64,000 bases of DNA from a virus (lineage: Duplodnaviria > Heunggongvirae > Uroviricota > Caudoviricetes): the IMG/VR virus record IMGVR_UViG_2541047680_000004. One strand, given 5' to 3'. The translations under genes were made by a program, and so were the position numbers. Below, piece by piece: positions 1-9,142 of this stretch; within the stretch, counting starts at the first letter, position 1; every line of letters starts with the position of its first letter. A model generated the notes under the pieces. That model worked only from the letters and a program-made list of their open reading frames with translations, was not told where the DNA came from and did not search any database.

Positions 1-263
1 ATGAACCTATTAATGTCACTTACTTTTACATCGGCAATGTGCGGCAAAACATGTATCAAAATACAATGAACAGCGATCTCTGGCCGACGTCTGGTTATCA
101 GCAGAGATAAGCGAGTGAATAACAGGAATGCGTCCGAGAATCTCATGTCATTGCTGACCTGGGAGATCATAACGGCCTGCATTTGAGATGCTCTTTCGAG
201 ATACTCTATCGCCTCTTTTGAGGTGTTCTCCGCAGCGCGTGCTCTGTCAAAGCTATTTTTCAT
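1..263 (-). CDS. hypothetical protein (N-terminal part only; gene runs off the left edge)
   Basis: Minus-strand ATG at 263 followed by open frame to window edge (MKNSFDRARAAENTSKEAIEYLERAS...). Confidence 0.25.
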   Translation of the reverse strand, partial: MKNSFDRARAAENTSKEAIEYLERASQMQAVMISQVSNDMRFSDAFLLFTRLSLLITRRRPEIAVHCILIHVLPHIADVKVSDINRF

Positions 264-473
264 ATGACAATCACCGAGTTACGCCGATGCACTGTATAAG
301 TAAACAGTATATTAGGCATAGATTCTTATAGGATCAAGAGTAAAAGTAACTCATTTTCAGCAATGATTCCATACATAGTAGGTATGGAATCATTTTGACG
401 TTGTTTTTTGAATTTTAAGGGAAATGGGAGTGAGTTTGGTGGGAATAAAAACGGCTCCTGTGAGCCGTTAAAA

Positions 474-719
474 TCAGAGGGTGCTGACGTATGCAGCCAG
501 TTCTGTGTATCCGCCAATCGGCTGGCCTTCGATCAGCACCTGGGGGATAGTCTCTACCGGTTTACCAACAATTTCACTTAGTTTTTCCTTGTCGATACCG
601 GCAGTGGTGATGTCGATGTACTCATAATCACCGTAGCCATGTCCCTTTAGTTGCTTCGCTAGCTCGACCGCACGTTTGCAGTATGAGCAGTTATCTCGTC
701 CGTAGATAGTGATCGTCAT
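474..719 (-). CDS. glutaredoxin-like protein
   Basis: MTITIYGRDNCSYCKRA... with CxxC redox motif and glutaredoxin-like length; track ORF 474..797 trimmed to the internal Met at 719. Confidence 0.65.
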   Translation of the reverse strand: MTITIYGRDNCSYCKRAVELAKQLKGHGYGDYEYIDITTAGIDKEKLSEIVGKPVETIPQVLIEGQPIGGYTELAAYVSTL

Positions 720-893
720 TGTTACCTCATAGAATTGATATGCAACTTTACTCACAAAGAAGATAGGTATGTGCATACTTATCTTTGCAGTCTGCATTAT
801 AAAGCTATTAAAGCCTCGATCAATCTATTAATTAAGGCATTGTTTGGTTAACATTACCCTAATATTTTATAGTTAGTAGAGTGAAATACATAC

Positions 894-2156
894 ATGCCTT
901 TTTTAATTTTCATTATTATACTACTGCTCACCGTGATTTTTTGGGATTGGGTTGTTTTAAATGGTCAAATTGTTGGAACATTGGCTACAGCATTTGCTTT
1001 TATAGCAACAGCATGGAATGCCTACGAAGCGAGAAAAAGTGCAAAAGCAGCTTTTTCAGCCCTTCAATTAACAACAGAATCATTGTTCGAAATGCGAAAG
1101 AGTGCATTTAAACAATGGTTTGATTCCTTATTAAATCAACATGATGAGCTATGTCTTCTTGCAAAACAAATTATCGATAAACGCAAAATTAATTTAAACA
1201 GCGATGAGTTACATAGACTATATTACCCATTGGTAAAACAGCATGAGGTAATACAGTATGTGAAGCATATTATTAATATTTTTGAGTATGTGGATAGTTC
1301 ATTTTATATTGATGGGGAATGTCTAAAGGAAAAAAGAGCGTATGTGTCACAATTAATTTTCAAAATCCCACCTCAGATGAAGTTGATCATTGCTATCTTT
1401 GGATTAAAGATCGATTATTGTGAACATATTAATTCGGGAAAACTGTGTTGTTTATTAAATAAATATGATTTTTTCAATGATGAAATATTTTTTGATGATG
1501 CTTATTCAGATATGCCTTATCTGGATGCATTCATAAACCTTAGATTCAACAAAATATTCAAATCTCGAATGATAAATTATTTTGATAATATCATTAAAAG
1601 TTATTATGTTCCATCGGACGTTAAAAGGGACTGGATGTTTCGAGACCCAAAGCTCGTACCGTCGGTTCTTATGAATTATAAAACTCCTTGTTCTCCTATA
1701 ATTAATGATTACTTTGAGAAGTTGCCTTTACATGTAAGAAACTACTTTGAGGAACTACTTAAAACCGCGAATGATAGAGTTACTCATTTTGACGTTTACA
1801 TCCCACGCCTTATTGGTTGTTCAATCGTGCAACATTACGAAGATGTGCCTTCCGAAAAAAACAGGTTAAATGACAGGAATGATGTAATAGCTATGGCTGA
1901 AGATTACATCGAGAAAAGAAAATCTAATCAACTAGATTACATACTTGAAGATATATACTTCAAGAGTGACGAAGATATAATCCCAGGCCACCATTTGATT
2001 GTGGCATTTGATGACTATGAATTTAAATTATCACTCATTAAGATAAATGAGAATAAAGATAGCGATAATCTTTTAAATCGAATTTATACTGAATCCAGTA
2101 GCATGGTTAAAGAATATAAGCGCGAAATATTAAAACTGGGCGACTATGTAAAGTAA
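894..2156 (+). CDS. hypothetical membrane protein (two N-terminal TM helices plus about 360-aa soluble domain), low-GC orphan
   Basis: 420-aa ORF, strongly AT-rich relative to surroundings, opposite strand to neighbours, own terminator downstream; N-terminus FLIFIIILLLTVIFWDWVV / IVGTLATAFAFIATAW hydrophobic. Confidence 0.6.
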   Translation: MPFLIFIIILLLTVIFWDWVVLNGQIVGTLATAFAFIATAWNAYEARKSAKAAFSALQLTTESLFEMRKSAFKQWFDSLLNQHDELCLLAKQIIDKRKINLNSDELHRLYYPLVKQHEVIQYVKHIINIFEYVDSSFYIDGECLKEKRAYVSQLIFKIPPQMKLIIAIFGLKIDYCEHINSGKLCCLLNKYDFFNDEIFFDDAYSDMPYLDAFINLRFNKIFKSRMINYFDNIIKSYYVPSDVKRDWMFRDPKLVPSVLMNYKTPCSPIINDYFEKLPLHVRNYFEELLKTANDRVTHFDVYIPRLIGCSIVQHYEDVPSEKNRLNDRNDVIAMAEDYIEKRKSNQLDYILEDIYFKSDEDIIPGHHLIVAFDDYEFKLSLIKINENKDSDNLLNRIYTESSSMVKEYKREILKLGDYVK

Positions 2157-2176
2157 ATTGCACTGTTCAACAAAAA

Positions 2177-2201
2177 AGGGGCCGAAGCCCCTTTGAATTT
2201 T
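2177..2201 (+). terminator. rho-independent terminator
   Basis: aggggccgaagcccct hairpin followed by T-rich tract immediately after the 894..2156 stop. Confidence 0.55.
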
Positions 2202-2348
2202 GCGCTGAAAAAAGTGTTGCTAGGATGTTAGCAAGCTATGGTTAAGAACGTCTGCCGTAATTATCTATCACAGCGTTGAGCGGTCTGGTTTATGTTAGCG
2301 GAGTCTTAATCGAGTTGATTAAAAGGCCAAACCGCTCAACGCTGTGTC

Positions 2349-2435
2349 TGGCGGAGAGTAATGGAATCGAACCATCATCGTTTGCACAATGGGACGGTTT
2401 TCAAGACCGCTTGAGCACCATGCTCCCTACTCTCC
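2349..2435 (-). tRNA. tRNA-Ser (anticodon UGA), class II
   Basis: Hand-folded: acceptor GGAGAGT/ACTCTCC, anticodon loop CTTGAAA, long variable arm, T-loop GGTTCGATTCC, discriminator G + encoded CCA; 87 nt. Confidence 0.75.
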
Positions 2436-2755
2436 AGCTATTGTGATGGTCGGTGCTGAACTCCGACACAGGGTTGTAGCAAGCCCCGCAAAGCGCGCAC
2501 TACTGTAGTTGCGGCACATCAGCCTGTGCATTCATCACAATGGTAAGATCACTACCTTTCGACCAGTCATTGTGCACATGAACGACGATTAACCGTAATG
2601 ATATTATCGTTGTGTTGTGAAGCCAGATGCTTATCTTCTGGTTGCTTCAAAGAGCTGCACTTCCTCACAACGGTAAGAGCACTGGTCTGACTCTATCGAT
2701 TTACGGCCTTGTGGGTCAGTATCGCCGATTCGCCCAATGCTCTTACCTGTTGTGT

Positions 2756-2831
2756 TGGTGCCGGTTAACGGACTTGAACCGCTGGCCATTCGCTTACAAA
2801 ACGACTGCTCTACCAACTGAGCTAAACCGGC
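2756..2831 (-). tRNA. tRNA-Thr (anticodon UGU)
   Basis: Acceptor GCCGGTT/AACCGGC, D-arm GCTCAGTTGGTAGAGC, anticodon loop TTTGTAA, T-loop GGTTCAAGTCC, encoded CCA; one mismatch at base of anticodon stem. Confidence 0.75.
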
Positions 2832-2835
2832 AATT

Positions 2836-2922
2836 TGGTGGGGAGTGATGGAGTCGAACCACCCGAGTCGCCATGACAGTAGATTTACAGTCTACACCGC
2901 TACCTCTACGGACTAACTCCCC
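2836..2922 (-). tRNA. tRNA-Tyr (anticodon GUA), class II
   Basis: Acceptor GGGGAGT/ACTCCCC, anticodon stem GTAGA/TCTAC with loop CTGTAAA, long variable arm, T-loop GGTTCGACTCC, encoded CCA; sequence differs from the E. coli host tRNA-Tyr. Confidence 0.8.
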
Positions 2923-2927
2923 TAAAT

Positions 2928-3002
2928 TGGCGATGGTGGGTGGATTCGAACCACCGACCAGTTGGTTAACAGCCAACTGCTCTACCGCTGAGCTACACCA
3001 TC
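2928..3002 (-). tRNA. tRNA-Asn (anticodon GUU)
   Basis: Perfect cloverleaf: acceptor GATGGTG/CACCATC, D-arm GCTCAGCGGTAGAGC, anticodon stem GTTGG/CCAAC with loop CTGTTAA, T-arm GGTGGTTCGAATCCACC, encoded CCA; differs from host tRNA-Asn. Confidence 0.85.
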
Positions 3003-3780
3003 AATTCAGCACTGCCAGTATTTATTACTCAACAGTGCCAATCGCGACGGTTTAGTTTCTGCCAGGAAACGCACCGCTACTTGCACTTTTCGTTAGTGCC
3101 AGACGCTTTCGACTTCGCTCAATAGTAGAAGGCAAAATCTTTAAGTAGATGATGTTTCTGAGGACAGCACCTACTTTGTAATTTATACAATGTGATGTAT
3201 GGAATCATTTGTTGTGAAAACAGGCACCAATGGCAACAGTGGTTAAACCTACACAACAATCCCGTCTTCACAACGTTGAGGCCACTACTCCGATTGAATG
3301 TTTGCCCAACATGTTACATATCAACGCTCGCCGGTATCTCTGTGAATAGAACCTTAGAATTGATAAAAATGTAATGGCCTCAACGTTGTGTGCTGGCTAA
3401 CCATACCAGCCGGGCTACGTCGCCGCTTTTTAACCCAGTATAAACGACATAATTGAACAAAATGACGTAACAGGATGGGCGGTCAGTGGCTAAGAATCCG
3501 GGAGTCATATGGAGTTGAAAATATACCAACCGCCCATTCTGTTACTTCATCGGAGGGAACATGAATGTTCCCTCCTGCGTTCTGCAATCACACTCGCTCA
3601 GTGTGTCCCATTTCGGTAACGAGGCTGGAAACTGACCTCGCTGGTGTTTGGCTTATTAGGCTACTGCCAGATAGACTTCTTCGTTTGCACTTGTATTTAA
3701 GTTCAAACAGTCGCGTCTCAACGAAAACAAAGTCATCTTATACACAAAAGATAAGTAAGTAAATACTTATCATTGTATTT

Positions 3781-4071
3781 TTATTCGGTTGTGACTTTTT
3801 TGATCAAGGCCACTCTACGACTAGGTGTTCTTGTGATGGTGGCAGTGAATCGTTTCGCCTGGATAGTAATGGTTTCGTTCTCCTTAAGTTGCCCGTAGCG
3901 AGTTTCCACCAGGGTGCCAAGACGCCACAGACCATCATCGATACGTTTATGACTAGCAAATTTAATCAGCAACAGTTTTACGACTAACTGACCTACGTAA
4001 AAGGCGAATGCGACTCCGGCCGCTAAGAAATAGGTGGCCAACCACCAGTCCCAAGAAGTTAAATTGCTCAT
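3781..4071 (-). CDS. hypothetical small membrane protein
   Basis: 96-aa ORF with N-terminal hydrophobic helix (WLATYFLAAGVAFAFYVGQLVV). Confidence 0.4.
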   Translation of the reverse strand: MSNLTSWDWWLATYFLAAGVAFAFYVGQLVVKLLLIKFASHKRIDDGLWRLGTLVETRYGQLKENETITIQAKRFTATITRTPSRRVALIKKVTTE

Positions 4072-4216
4072 TTTCTAACCTTTGTTTCATGAACTACCCG
4101 ATACACACGCTTTCCGATACACAGTGTTTTGGTTTTAAGTTCCTGCTTAATTAAATCACGACAGATGCCGAAGCCGATAAGGAAGCCACCCATAAAAGCT
4201 AATGAGATGTATGGAA

Positions 4217-4432
4217 TCATTTTAACACTCCTGATTCTACTAATTGCTGTAGCAATACTTTCCCTTTATCAGTTAACTGGTAGTTGGCCGAACACTTCGT
4301 TTCAGAAACGTTTGCAACCAACCCTAACCGCTCTAACTTAGCTCGCGTTTTAGGCTTCCAGTACTCAGGGAACTCCGGCCACTTACTGATTTCATGAAGC
4401 GTTTCCTTCTCCCGTTTACTTAATACGATCAT
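4217..4432 (-). CDS. hypothetical small protein
   Basis: 71-aa ORF in phage early-type region. Confidence 0.3.
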   Translation of the reverse strand: MIVLSKREKETLHEISKWPEFPEYWKPKTRAKLERLGLVANVSETKCSANYQLTDKGKVLLQQLVESGVLK

Positions 4433-4591
4433 CCTTAATCTCCTTCACGGTGTTGGTTATTTCTACAATGCGATAAATGCGACCTCGTCTTTCTATAACA
4501 CCGTTTTTAATGTAGTCATTAATGCAACTGGACATCACCACAATACCGATGAAAAAACCAACTGCTAAAAATGCAATCATCCAGCCGAGCA

Positions 4592-5914
4592 TCATTCTTT
4601 ATCTCCGATTCGATCTTCTGTATCGCGTAAGCAACGCGGCCATTTCAGTCGTGGGTGGCGTAAGCTGCCATCCGGCGTTTTCTCGTGACAATGAACCTCG
4701 ACAATACGACCACGGTACTTCTCTTTGTTGTTCCAGATCTCGTCCAGATATTTATGCTTAATGCCGCTCGCACGAACAATCACACCGTTTTCAAGGCGAA
4801 TAACAATTTTTCCAAGCGTGTTGGCAAAACCAGAGTCCGGGTCGCCCGGCTCAAAGTCGATAATTTCACCATCTTCTGAATCTTCGTCTTTTAACTTCCA
4901 CCAGCTGCGGGTACGTTTAAACTCGTAAACAGAGTTCGGATCTTTGCCCATCTCCCCTTCTTCGTTATCGTCCAGGCGTTTCATGAAGCGTTCGATGAAA
5001 TCTTCGTGGCTATGGATGATATAGAACGGATGCAGGTGAATGTCTTGTGCGTAGCCTTCACTGCGATCGTTTTTAAACAACGCCACCAGCATAGCCAGGC
5101 GCTCTTTCAGCTTCATACCTGTCTTTGCATACTCTTTGGATTTAGCCTGTGCCCGCCATTCCGGTAGGAAGAAGTCGAAAACATGATAAATAGCGCCAAT
5201 TGCCTGCACGTTCTTTTTGCGCAATGCAGATACGGACTGGTTAAATGAACCGGCTGTTCCTTCACCATCGAAGAAGATGTGTTTGTGGCCTGAAAGTTTG
5301 CCTAATTCGAGCATTGCTGGCTTTAGGTGATCGAGAGACGTGATTGGATTACCAGTACGAGAAAGGAAGTTAACCTCTTCCTCGTCAACAATAACCTCGC
5401 AAATTACTCGCAAACCATCGAGCTTAAGACTGCCAATCATCGGCCATTTTGCTTTAGGATTTGGCTTGAAGGGGTATTTGTCGCCTTTTTCTTTATACGG
5501 TGACGCCAGCTGCACCTCGAATTTCGGAATGGGATTTTCAAAAACCTTGTTGCATAGGCTAATCCCAACACCTGCTTTCGGGTCTTTTAAGAGGAAACGA
5601 CGGAACACGTCCTGCCCATCGGCGCACATTGACGCCACGATAGACTCAACAGCTGCTATTGCTGCGTTCCCCGTTAGCTCGCGAGAGGCCAGCTTATTCA
5701 GTATATCAATGGCTTTTTCGTCACTTGGGACGGACTCACTAAGCGGCTCTGCCACTTTGTATTTCTTTACCCCAAAACGGATGAAAGGGTTGAGCATCAA
5801 TGAAACCATGCTTTGTTCAAAGTCATCCATGTTGGCCAATGCCTCTTTTTTTGCATTGGTTCCCATAGCTTTCATTTCGTCCAGCTTATGCTTAAGTGCG
5901 ATCAACTTTTTCAT
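4592..5914 (-). CDS. ATP-dependent DNA ligase
   Basis: Adenylation motif I KxDG(x)R present as SLKLDGLRV; 440 aa, size and layout typical of phage ATP-dependent ligases. Confidence 0.8.
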   Translation of the reverse strand: MKKLIALKHKLDEMKAMGTNAKKEALANMDDFEQSMVSLMLNPFIRFGVKKYKVAEPLSESVPSDEKAIDILNKLASRELTGNAAIAAVESIVASMCADGQDVFRRFLLKDPKAGVGISLCNKVFENPIPKFEVQLASPYKEKGDKYPFKPNPKAKWPMIGSLKLDGLRVICEVIVDEEEVNFLSRTGNPITSLDHLKPAMLELGKLSGHKHIFFDGEGTAGSFNQSVSALRKKNVQAIGAIYHVFDFFLPEWRAQAKSKEYAKTGMKLKERLAMLVALFKNDRSEGYAQDIHLHPFYIIHSHEDFIERFMKRLDDNEEGEMGKDPNSVYEFKRTRSWWKLKDEDSEDGEIIDFEPGDPDSGFANTLGKIVIRLENGVIVRASGIKHKYLDEIWNNKEKYRGRIVEVHCHEKTPDGSLRHPRLKWPRCLRDTEDRIGDKE

Positions 5915-6381
5915 TGTTGTTTTGCCTCCATATGTTGATCGATTTGCTCATGTGTTTCTTTTGTTGTTTCTTCAAGCAACGCCGCATACACGTCAGTGAT
6001 CGCTGTTTGTGATGTGGCGCTCTTCTTAACCATGCTATTAATCGTTACACTGTCACGTTTTCGTTTTATAGTTCTGGCTTGTTTATTCCGTTCTTCAACC
6101 TCCTTAATGAGTGCGGTCATATCTTCAAAATACAGAGATTCTCCTTTACGAATCTCTTCAACCATCATTTTTAACGCCTTGCATTTGCCTGCTTTAATAG
6201 CGGTTGCGCACGACTGGAAAGAAGTTCGAGGAAGACGGTTTTCTTTGAAGGCAAGAATGGTGTGCTGGCAAACGGAATAGCTGCAATATGCCGACTCACC
6301 GTTTATCTTTACTTCCTCACAACGAAGTGAATAACTGTTATTTCCTGAAATAGAAGGGATTTTTGACAAATCAGCTTTCAC
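5911..6381 (-). CDS. hypothetical protein (Cys-rich N-terminus)
   Basis: 156-aa ORF overlapping ligase start (operon arrangement). Confidence 0.45.
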   Translation of the reverse strand: MKADLSKIPSISGNNSYSLRCEEVKINGESAYCSYSVCQHTILAFKENRLPRTSFQSCATAIKAGKCKALKMMVEEIRKGESLYFEDMTALIKEVEERNKQARTIKRKRDSVTINSMVKKSATSQTAITDVYAALLEETTKETHEQIDQHMEAKQQ

Positions 6382-6448
6382 AATTACCGCCAGAAATAAT
6401 CTTGTGCTTACCTATCATTATTTGCGTAAAAAACGACACACAGAGAGC

Positions 6449-7225
6449 TTACCAACTTCCCCAGCTAATCATCTTGCGCTGATCGCTTTCTAAGCGATAA
6501 GGGGCAAGAAGCTCTGTGACATGATTGGTGGCGTATGATTTAGCCTCTTGCTTAATCATCGGTAATTCGTTAGCAATCCTGACCATCTTCCCAGCAAATT
6601 CCGCCATTACGCCATCACAAGCCTTCCCCGCATCAACAACGATATGCACAAGATCCAACTGGCTTTTGCACATATCCCAAAGAGACGCGTATTCACTCTC
6701 TCTGATTACATTTACGGCACTATTAGCCCCTTTATTAATCAAAACTTCCAACAGATTTTTCGGGGTAACGAAATCTGCTTTCAGAGATAATGTCTTTTCA
6801 CCACTTATCGAACGCAAGTACTCTTCGTAGTTATTCTTCATCAAACCGCTGCTGCGCATTGCTAGAACTGCTTCTTGAATGGCCGCTTCAATAGTTTCGT
6901 CGTTTGAAAGACAAAAAACGGTATTTGTGTAGATCACTCTGCCATCAAGCCATGCTCCAACCTGCACTTTAAGACTGAGCGGGTTTTCTTTGCTAATAAA
7001 AACAACTAATGCAGAACGCCGTGCACAAGAAGGTTCGCCCCATACGTGTAACTCAACTTTCAGATAAGGCAACCCTGGTAGCGGGATCTCGTCCATACGA
7101 GCAGCGATATGATTCATTGCTGTATTGACGACCTTTCCAATGATGTCTAGTCGACTGCCCTCGCTGATTTCTAAACCTGTTTTATCAATGATGTCACAGG
7201 CCAATTTCTGAATTTCGTCTTTCAT
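6449..7225 (-). CDS. hypothetical protein
   Basis: 258-aa ORF with upstream conserved intergenic motif. Confidence 0.45.
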   Translation of the reverse strand: MKDEIQKLACDIIDKTGLEISEGSRLDIIGKVVNTAMNHIAARMDEIPLPGLPYLKVELHVWGEPSCARRSALVVFISKENPLSLKVQVGAWLDGRVIYTNTVFCLSNDETIEAAIQEAVLAMRSSGLMKNNYEEYLRSISGEKTLSLKADFVTPKNLLEVLINKGANSAVNVIRESEYASLWDMCKSQLDLVHIVVDAGKACDGVMAEFAGKMVRIANELPMIKQEAKSYATNHVTELLAPYRLESDQRKMISWGSW

Positions 7226-7350
7226 ACCAACTCCTAGCTAACAGATGAAAGTATTCTTACAAAAAACTAAGTATGTATCTACTTATCATTTTAGGCGCAA
7301 TAGTTCCCTATACGAAGATGCCGGGCTTATAGTCTGCCCGGCATTCACCA

Positions 7351-7764
7351 TTAATGAGCTACAGCCTCACTGTTGCACATCTTTCTGTAGACCTGCTTAT
7401 AACGCTGTAAGTCATGAGGATCATTAGGTGCCAACGACTTCGATAGGATTTTGTATACCACCCCTTTCGAAAACATGCCCTTTGGCTTCATTTCGAGTTC
7501 AACAACATATGAGTGATAGCCCACGTATGCACCAAAGCCATTTTTGGCGTTCAATTCTCCGCACACAAAGCCTGTCACACTCCCATCGTCATGATCAGTC
7601 CTGACAAACTTATCTTTCCTAAACATCACCGACGTGGGATCTTTCATATCATCCGCAATTGCTTGTTGGCCCAGAGCAATAGCCTTCTCGTCTGTAGGCT
7701 TACACCCCACTAAAGCAAACAAAGACAATAAAGCTCCTGTTAAAATCAGCTTATTTTTGCTCAT
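7351..7764 (-). CDS. putative lipoprotein
   Basis: Signal peptide with lipobox LSLFALVG-C near N-terminus; 137 aa. Confidence 0.55.
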   Translation of the reverse strand: MSKNKLILTGALLSLFALVGCKPTDEKAIALGQQAIADDMKDPTSVMFRKDKFVRTDHDDGSVTGFVCGELNAKNGFGAYVGYHSYVVELEMKPKGMFSKGVVYKILSKSLAPNDPHDLQRYKQVYRKMCNSEAVAH

Positions 7765-7996
7765 GTTGGCTTCCCTTTATTTATATTTATCGCAGGTATT
7801 AGTTAATCAAAACACGAGCAGTGCCACAATAATTAAATGGCGTACTATTTCTTATGGTTATTAGTTTCCCAGTAACTTTACCGACCATAAACTAAATCAA
7901 CAAAGCTGACATATTAACTAAATTTAAGTACCCTTTTTCGCACACTTGACGCTTGCCGCGTCTAAACTGTTCATCCTATATCAACAGAAAAAAAAC

Positions 7997-9142
7997 ATGA
8001 AATACATAAAATCTTCATCGTTGCTGGCATTAACTTTGCTTTTTAACTCTGGATTCGTTAACGCAGACAATAAACAAACGCTGATAGAAGCCGCTACCGC
8101 AGGGGATACCGCAGCACAAAGTGAGTTAGGTACAAATTATTTTGATGGTGTCAATGGTTTTGATAAGGATGTAGTTGAGGCCAAGAAGTGGATTGATCTA
8201 GCTGCAGAAAAGGGAGATAAAGTAGCATATTATGCACTTGGAGTTATGTACACATTTGGCGAGGGTGTAGATAAAGACCTAAATAAAGCTGTTGAGTACT
8301 ACAAACTTGCGGGGGATGCTCGTGAAGGTAGAGCCTACAACAATCTTGGTGCTATTTATCAAAAGGGGATGCTTGGTAAAGTAGATCATGCACTCGCCAT
8401 TAAATACTTCAAACTAGCCTCTGATGCCGGGTATGTTAAAGCAACTTCAGTTCTTGGGGCGTATTACCAATATGGTAAAGGCGTTAAAAAGAATTATAAA
8501 AAGGCTTTTACTTATTACAAAAAGGCGGCAGACCAAGGCAGTTCAGAAGCTATGATAGGATTAGGAATACTATACGATGATGGGTTAGGCGTTAAACGCA
8601 ATGATGCAGAAGCAGTTAAGTGGTATAAAAAGGCAGCGGAACTTGGAAACGCCGACGCCATAACCAATCTTGGCATTATGTATGAGAATGGGGAAGGTGT
8701 AAAAAAGGACTATAAAAAAGCAGCCGACCTTTATCAGACTGCTTGCGATAAAGGAGAAAAAAGAGGCTGCGATTACATTGCAGAACTGAAAGAAAGCGGC
8801 AAATATCGAGCGCCGGCTTCCAAAGCCAAAACAAAATCCGCCACCCAGCGACTTATTGCTAAATCCATTGATAAGGGCGTTAACGCTACATTTACCTGGC
8901 AGGGTGATGATGCTACCTTCACCGCTAATGATGGCAAAGTTGACTGCACCTTCCTGAAGGATTTTTCAGAGAAAGGAGGCAATCTGGCTACCTCGTTTGT
9001 TTGCACCGATAACGTTCAAATCATCCTGAAGCAATTCAGAGATACCAAGAATGCCTACCTCGCGGTAATGACTGACAACTTCAATACAGAAGTTAAATCA
9101 TTTTCGGTCAATGTGTATGTGACTAATACTGGTTCAAACTAG
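7997..9142 (+). CDS. secreted Sel1-repeat (TPR-like) protein
   Basis: Signal peptide MKYIKSSSLLALTLLFNSGFVNA followed by about 7 Sel1-type repeats (A..YxLGxxYxxGxGVxKDxxKAxxWYKKAA pattern); plus strand among minus-strand phage genes. Confidence 0.65.
   Translation: MKYIKSSSLLALTLLFNSGFVNADNKQTLIEAATAGDTAAQSELGTNYFDGVNGFDKDVVEAKKWIDLAAEKGDKVAYYALGVMYTFGEGVDKDLNKAVEYYKLAGDAREGRAYNNLGAIYQKGMLGKVDHALAIKYFKLASDAGYVKATSVLGAYYQYGKGVKKNYKKAFTYYKKAADQGSSEAMIGLGILYDDGLGVKRNDAEAVKWYKKAAELGNADAITNLGIMYENGEGVKKDYKKAADLYQTACDKGEKRGCDYIAELKESGKYRAPASKAKTKSATQRLIAKSIDKGVNATFTWQGDDATFTANDGKVDCTFLKDFSEKGGNLATSFVCTDNVQIILKQFRDTKNAYLAVMTDNFNTEVKSFSVNVYVTNTGSN

Noticed and set aside
326-517. 63-aa minus-strand ORF 326..517
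   Set aside because: Overlaps the glutaredoxin 3' end and the 13-bp inverted-repeat hairpin; probably non-coding, although the MYGII start is noted in a finding.
474-797. N-terminal extension of the glutaredoxin ORF as given in the ORF track
   Set aside because: The extension precedes the conserved start MTITIYG; the internal Met at 719 gives a typical 81-aa glutaredoxin.
2672-2749. Possible fifth tRNA between tRNA-Thr and tRNA-Ser
   Set aside because: Terminal 10-bp inverted repeat resembles an acceptor stem, but no D-arm, anticodon arm or T-loop can be folded in either orientation; reported instead as a hairpin or stable-RNA candidate.
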